Part shown: piece after piece, positions 59,105 through 64,000 of the stretch | How positions within the stretch are numbered: the stretch's first letter is position 1 | Layout of the letters: every line of letters starts with the position of its first letter | NCBI GenBank assembly: GCA_017656505.1 | Contig: JACDNU010000005.1 | Span: 14,739-78,738, forward strand | Length of the DNA stretch: 64,000 nucleotides | Origin: Archaeoglobus sp. | Lineage (GTDB): Archaea; Halobacteriota; Archaeoglobi; Archaeoglobales; Archaeoglobaceae | Direction: 5' to 3' | The notes under the pieces: model-generated | The model's input: only the letters and a program-made list of their open reading frames with translations | Database searches by the model: none | Told to the model about the DNA's origin: nothing | Position numbers and translations under genes: made by a program

Positions 59105-59858
59105 GAAGATCAAATTCAAAAATAGGTTGGTTCTTTCTGCCATGGCCGGAATTAACGATCATAAATTCTGTTCAAGATTTCCTGCCGGTATGGTTGTTCT
59201 TGGAGGATTCAGTGCTGACAAAAAGGCGATGGAGGCCTCGAAAAAAGCTCGGCTAAGGGGTAGGAAGGAATTCATTTTTGAGGATCCGTTGGAGGGGATT
59301 AGGGGAGAAATAGAAGGATTAATCCAGAATTACGATAGGATGTTTGCCGTGAATGTTAGATCTGCGTCAGAAAAAGGTTATTTGAAGGTAGCGGAAATTG
59401 TCAGTGATTTTGGAGGGTTTATTGAAATCAACGCCCATTGCAGACAGCCGGAATTTCTTGAAATTGGATGCGGTCAGAGTTTGCTTGGAGACCCTCGCTT
59501 AATTTCGATTGTTGAGGAAGTCTCTGGAGTTTGCCCGACCATCGTGAAGATAAGGGGTGGGTTGCCGCTGGATTACAAGAAGCTTGCCGAGAATTTGAAA
59601 GAGGCGGGATGCCTCATCCTGCATGTTGATGCGATGATACCCGGAGGAAAAGCTGACTTTGGATTAATCAGAGAAATTTCGGAAGGAATTTTTACGATAG
59701 GAAACAACTCCGTTGTAGACGTTAAATCGGCGAAGAAAATGATTGAGAGCGGAGCTAAACTTGTCTCAGCTGCAAGGGCCGTTCTGAAGGATGAGAAGTT
59801 TTTTGATAGGTTGTTGGTGGATGAATTACTTTCTTCCTCTGTGAGCTTGGTCTATTAA
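59091..59858 (+). CDS. Dus-like TIM-barrel flavoprotein family member
   Basis: ATG 59091 overlaps the dapF end by 14 nt. LSAMAGINDHKF, IEINAHCRQP and VKIRGG resemble dihydrouridine synthase motifs. Confidence 0.55.
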   Translation: MKDSKKIKFKNRLVLSAMAGINDHKFCSRFPAGMVVLGGFSADKKAMEASKKARLRGRKEFIFEDPLEGIRGEIEGLIQNYDRMFAVNVRSASEKGYLKVAEIVSDFGGFIEINAHCRQPEFLEIGCGQSLLGDPRLISIVEEVSGVCPTIVKIRGGLPLDYKKLAENLKEAGCLILHVDAMIPGGKADFGLIREISEGIFTIGNNSVVDVKSAKKMIESGAKLVSAARAVLKDEKFFDRLLVDELLSSSVSLVY

Positions 59859-59938
59859 CCGTAGATAAATAAGTCTCAATATTAACTTTAAACCGAACTT
59901 TCAGAAAGCTTATTAGCTGTCAGCTTAAATTCTGCCCG

Positions 59939-60802
59939 ATGAGGATCTCTCCGAGATGTCCATCATGCTTGCTTAACAGAGTATACATGGAAGCTACGTT
60001 ATCAACGAACGATCAGAAAAAGATAGACAAAGCCGTGGAAGAGGCTTTGAAGATTATAGCAGAAGAGTATCCTAGGAAAGGAATAAATGCGATCATAGCA
60101 ACTAGAATGCATCGCAGGGTTTACGAAGTTCTGGGAGATGAAGATCCCTACAAAAAGCTGAAAGATCAAGCAAACAAGATAACGATGCAGTATTTACCTG
60201 AAATAAAAAAGGCAATTGAAAATAGCAAAGATAGATTTAAAGCTGCAGCAAAAGCATCTATCATCGCGAACACCTTCGACTACGGAGTTATGGGTCATGA
60301 GGTTAGTGACTCGAAATTCCTTGAATTCTTTCTGGAGAAGTTCGAAGAGAGGCTTAAGATCGACGATTTGGACTTGATAATGGAGAAATGCAGGGGGAAG
60401 GTGGTCTATTTAACGGATAACTGCGGTGAGATAGTTGTTGACAGGCTTTTCATGGAAGAAATTAAGAAGCTGTGTGAAAGGCTTACGGTGGTTGTGAGGG
60501 GGAGGCCGATAATAAGCGATGCAACCTATGAGGATGCGATTTTCGCTGGAGTTGATAAGGTTGCAGATGAAATTCTGACAAATGGAAAGGGAGCGATCGG
60601 GATATTTGAACCGGAACTTCCGGAAGAGACTAGAAAAAGAATTTATGAAGCTGACATTATAGTTGCCAAGGGAATGGCGAACTACGAATGCCTTTCGGAA
60701 TCGACTCTGCCAATTGCTTTCTTGCTAACCGCAAAATGTGAGCCGGTAGCGAAATCCATAGGGGTTGACGTGGGAGACATGGTTGCCATGTTGAAGGGTT
60801 GA
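59939..60802 (+). CDS. DUF89 (ARMT1-like damage-control phosphatase) family protein
   Basis: 287 aa. N-terminal CPSCLL, DNCGEIVVD, KGMANYE motifs. Confidence 0.7.
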   Translation: MRISPRCPSCLLNRVYMEATLSTNDQKKIDKAVEEALKIIAEEYPRKGINAIIATRMHRRVYEVLGDEDPYKKLKDQANKITMQYLPEIKKAIENSKDRFKAAAKASIIANTFDYGVMGHEVSDSKFLEFFLEKFEERLKIDDLDLIMEKCRGKVVYLTDNCGEIVVDRLFMEEIKKLCERLTVVVRGRPIISDATYEDAIFAGVDKVADEILTNGKGAIGIFEPELPEETRKRIYEADIIVAKGMANYECLSESTLPIAFLLTAKCEPVAKSIGVDVGDMVAMLKG

Positions 60803-60812
60803 GGAGATTTGG

Positions 60813-61439
60813 ATGGAGATGGATGAACAAGTTGAGTTAAATCTTAGAGAAAGAACCCTTATAGATTTATTTTCTGCTTTTGAAGGAGCTTACGGTCCCT
60901 CTTTTGAGTGCAAGTACTATCCATGCCACTTCTCTGGCCAAGACTGCACTTTCTGCTACTGTCCCTTCTATCCCTGCTTGAATTACGATATGGGTGGCGA
61001 GATCAAGCTTACCTCTGAAGGAAAATTCGTGTGGAGCTGTCAGGATTGCTGGTTAATCCACGACAAGAAGTTTGCGGAGGATGTAATCCTAGCATTAAGC
61101 AGATTTCCCAGACAGAGGCTTGTTGAGGAAGATTGGTTTTTCTTTAACTCTATTTTGCAGGAACTTATTTACGGGGAGGTAGTTGTTAAACCTGAGGAAG
61201 GTAATTACAATCTTATGGAGGCTGTTCTCGCTGAGAAGGAATGCGAAGAATGCGAAGATCGCGATACAGAAATCCTAGCTGTAAGGCTTGATAATTTTAG
61301 CATTGGTTCGGTGAGAAGAATAACCAATTTGGAAGAAGCGGAAAATGAGGTTTTAATCCCGCTTAAGGAGAAGAACAGATACTATGGGTTTATGGATGGA
61401 GCCTATGTTGTGTGTAGAGGGAGTCTTAGATTGATTTAG
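60813..61439 (+). CDS. cysteine-rich small-domain protein
   Basis: 208 aa. YYPCHFSGQDCTFCYCPFYPC cluster. Confidence 0.55.
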   Translation: MEMDEQVELNLRERTLIDLFSAFEGAYGPSFECKYYPCHFSGQDCTFCYCPFYPCLNYDMGGEIKLTSEGKFVWSCQDCWLIHDKKFAEDVILALSRFPRQRLVEEDWFFFNSILQELIYGEVVVKPEEGNYNLMEAVLAEKECEECEDRDTEILAVRLDNFSIGSVRRITNLEEAENEVLIPLKEKNRYYGFMDGAYVVCRGSLRLI

Positions 61440-61453
61440 ACTAATTAGGTCAA

Positions 61454-62482
61454 TCAAGCGATAGGGAATCTCAGCAGCGCTGCAATTCCGCCCAAAGCAT
61501 TAAGCTGCTTACCGGGCTCAAATTCTGAGCTGACGATCAGAATTCTCCCAACCTTCTCGACCTCTTCGAGGAAGGAATCCACATCCCACTTCTCCCTTTC
61601 CTTCAAGAGGTATTCATCTGTGAGCAGCAAAACATCTATTGCTCCATAGCTGAAAGCTTTTTCAACCTCTTTCAATCCGTAAACTGCTTTTCCATCCTTT
61701 GAGATTTCTGCAAGGAGTTTTTCGATGTATTCTGTTTCCTCAGCAAGCCTCAAATCACCCACGATTTTCGAAATTATCCCCCTTTTCAGAACCTCAACGA
61801 ACCCCCTTCTTCCCGTAGAAGAAACATCTGCTTTAACGAGTTTTTTAGCCAGCAAAGCCTCCCTCTGCCTTACAAACTCTATGAAGTCCTCCTTTGCAAA
61901 TCCCGGGCCTGCTATGACAGCATACCTGAAATCCATGCTTTTGAGTGTGGAAAGAAGCTCTCCAAAAAACTCATTTCTGTAGTCAGCCAAGCCCTTCCCA
62001 TAGCTTCTGCTGATCGTTGCTATCTCTTCAACCCCCCACTCTCTAAGCGCCCCGATAACAGCTTCGCCCTCTTCTATAACCACTATGATTATTTCGGGCC
62101 TCTTTGAAGCTTCAATAGCCCTCTCTATTCTGCGAAGCTGCTCAGCCCTCCATCTCTTTATTATGCTAACCTCTGTCCCAATTCCGATATTCAGCGTGTG
62201 GTGGCCGGAATCCTCGATGCCAGCAACTATGATTCCGGAAACTCTCAATCTGTTGGCGAACTTGTGAAATTCCACTTTTTCAACCTTTATTCCCAGTCTT
62301 ACGGTGATCTTCTCCTTATCACTTCTCAGCTTATCGCTGCTCTCACTTATCCTCTTTGTATAAGCGAAAACAACGTCTCCCGGCTCGATTATGTGTTTAA
62401 GGTGCCAGATATCATCTAGATTCTCTGGAATAAGCTTTATTTCCCCTTCATTGCCTTTAAGTCGTTCCTCAACAACCTTCAT
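61454..62482 (-). CDS. pelA: Pelota (Dom34) ribosome rescue factor
   Basis: 342 aa. IPENLDDIWHLKHIIEPGD N-terminus and eRF1-like domains. Confidence 0.9.
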   Translation of the reverse strand: MKVVEERLKGNEGEIKLIPENLDDIWHLKHIIEPGDVVFAYTKRISESSDKLRSDKEKITVRLGIKVEKVEFHKFANRLRVSGIIVAGIEDSGHHTLNIGIGTEVSIIKRWRAEQLRRIERAIEASKRPEIIIVVIEEGEAVIGALREWGVEEIATISRSYGKGLADYRNEFFGELLSTLKSMDFRYAVIAGPGFAKEDFIEFVRQREALLAKKLVKADVSSTGRRGFVEVLKRGIISKIVGDLRLAEETEYIEKLLAEISKDGKAVYGLKEVEKAFSYGAIDVLLLTDEYLLKEREKWDVDSFLEEVEKVGRILIVSSEFEPGKQLNALGGIAALLRFPIA

Positions 62483-63705
62483 TTCCTCACCTTCGGGGCT
62501 TTTTTAGCTCTAATCTTTCTCTCTGCCAGTTCCCGCTTGTAGTAGCTTATAGGATGATAGATACCCTTGCATGACTCATCGGAGAAGCAGTTGTGATATG
62601 TCTTCATGGTCTCGCATGAAGGTGTTTCGTATTCAGTTCCTTTCGCTCCGGCTATGTGCTCAACTTGATACCGAGTTTTATCCTCATCAAAGTCTGGAGC
62701 GGTCTTGTAGAGGCTGATGATTTCATCAACATCCATTCCAAGGTTGAGGAGAAAGGAGGTGAGGGCAAATCTAGCTGTATGAGGCAAATTCACGCCTGCA
62801 CGCAAGTCAGCCAGAATTTTTCTCATACACGGCGGGAATTTTGAAATCTCGATTTTTTCAAAGCTAATCTTTGGTAAACTTTCTCTCTTCCTCGCTGCCT
62901 TAGCTTTGAGCACATCAATGTCTTTTTTTGCGATTTCAGGCACAAATGCAAGTTCCTTCTGAGAAAGCTTGATTCTGAGATGCTCCTCAAGGATTCTGTT
63001 AAAGTCTGTTCGATTGAGGGAGATGTATCCCCGCTTCAGCTCTCTGTTCAGCAATCTCCAGTTCGGTGATTTCAGCCGAACAGCAACTTTCAGATATGAA
63101 GAAACATGCACCTTAATCTGCGATTTAGATTCCGATCTTAATTCTGATCTAAACTTTGGTCTAAACTCTGACTTAACGGCTAGGTCTGAGGCTAAAAGCT
63201 TTAATATCAGAGGGTTTTCGAGCACAAAGCTCTTAGAATACCTCTCAGCTTCCTTTATTGCATACCTCCTCCGAACCCAGTCGTCAAGATTTGAAACAAG
63301 AATTCTCGAGTAAAGATAGCTGACGGCTGAGATTATCGCATCCTTTTTCCTTTTTCGGTAGAACTCCGTTGGGTGTTCAAGGAGACAATTTCTAAAACAC
63401 TCGCTGCATGAAATGCATTCCTCGCTTAAAAACTCCTTTTCGCACTTTTTGAAACATGCCACATCGCAGTCAATACATAAAAAATCCTCGTGGATAGGAC
63501 GAGTTTGAAACTCTTTTTCCTCTATTATTGCCTCCACAATTTCTCTTCCTTTCTCAATCCCCTCAGCTAAAACTCGATTGCTGGTTTCGAAGATTCTTTC
63601 AAACCCTCCAAATTCGTGTTCAAGGAAAATTCCTGTAATCTTCAAAAACGGGTACCTTGTTATGAGGGGAAGAAAGGGCAGAAAGGGTTTAGGGGATTTG
63701 GGCAT
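62479..63705 (-). CDS. priL: DNA primase large subunit PriL, with an extra N-terminal Cys-rich insertion
   Basis: 408 aa. FPPCMRKIL, PHTARFALTSFL, YETPSCETM, HNCFSDESC (Fe-S domain). 4-nt overlap with pelota. Confidence 0.85.
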   Translation of the reverse strand: MPKSPKPFLPFLPLITRYPFLKITGIFLEHEFGGFERIFETSNRVLAEGIEKGREIVEAIIEEKEFQTRPIHEDFLCIDCDVACFKKCEKEFLSEECISCSECFRNCLLEHPTEFYRKRKKDAIISAVSYLYSRILVSNLDDWVRRRYAIKEAERYSKSFVLENPLILKLLASDLAVKSEFRPKFRSELRSESKSQIKVHVSSYLKVAVRLKSPNWRLLNRELKRGYISLNRTDFNRILEEHLRIKLSQKELAFVPEIAKKDIDVLKAKAARKRESLPKISFEKIEISKFPPCMRKILADLRAGVNLPHTARFALTSFLLNLGMDVDEIISLYKTAPDFDEDKTRYQVEHIAGAKGTEYETPSCETMKTYHNCFSDESCKGIYHPISYYKRELAERKIRAKKAPKVRK

Positions 63706-63753
63706 GGGTCAGGGGGTAATATCTTATTTAGATTGTTCTTATTTATCTTGTTC

Positions 63754-64000
63754 CTATTCCGCCTCGATCCTTGGGGCGAGGATGTATTCCACCTTCACTT
63801 TCCCGCCCGCAACCTCGAAAGTCATTCTTCCGGGATAGTCGTTTCCGAGCCTAATCGTGAGCACGTCTCCAGGCGAGGCAACTTTAACGAATTCCTTCAG
63901 GTATTCTAGCGAGAACATGCTTCTAGCTTCCATTCCATTAAATTCCGCAAGCTCAGCCTCGCTGAGATGGAAGGTTATTCTGTCAACATCTCCCTCTGCC
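63754..64000 (-). CDS. pcn: PCNA sliding clamp, C-terminal part (gene runs off the right edge)
   Basis: Own minus-strand translation ends ...MTFEVAGGKVKVEYILAPRIEAE*, with the stop at 63754-63756. Confidence 0.8.
   Translation of the reverse strand, partial: AEGDVDRITFHLSEAELAEFNGMEARSMFSLEYLKEFVKVASPGDVLTIRLGNDYPGRMTFEVAGGKVKVEYILAPRIEAE

Overview
Archaeal chromosomal window of about 60 protein genes, most of them housekeeping. Gene content looks Archaeoglobales-like: SepCysS, CetZ-type tubulin, PEP synthase, archaeal GlyRS, GatB, type IA topoisomerase, PriL/PCNA/Pelota and a FlaI/FlaJ-type pair. I saw no rRNA and no CRISPR array. The one RNA gene is tRNA-Gly(CCC) at 30392-30462 (minus strand). 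The main feature is a 9.47-kb integrated element (30426-39939) inserted in that tRNA. It is bounded by a perfect 44-bp direct repeat and by the two halves of a partitioned SSV-type tyrosine integrase; joining them across the repeat gives one 392-aa ORF. Its cargo is unusual: a translationally coupled operon with a terminase-large-subunit-like ATPase/nuclease, a tandem ribbon-helix-helix protein and an AT-hook/HTH/coiled-coil protein. It also carries two paralogous small multi-TM proteins, a secreted lipoprotein, a lone wHTH regulator, a 26-bp repeated operator-like site and an iteron-like non-coding region. I could not recognise any capsid, portal or replicase gene. Other observations: a Zn-dehydrogenase gene is broken by a -1 frame change exactly at a canonical slippery heptamer (A_AAG_GGG). 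Perfect 9-15 bp tandem micro-duplications occur in nearly every host intergenic spacer, two of them straddling stop codons. A 42-bp inverted repeat pair flanks 6.7 kb. A CetZ gene is coupled to a surface-anchored protein gene. PriL carries an extra ferredoxin-like Cys cluster. All family assignments come from reading motifs by eye; no searches were run, and composition statements are qualitative.
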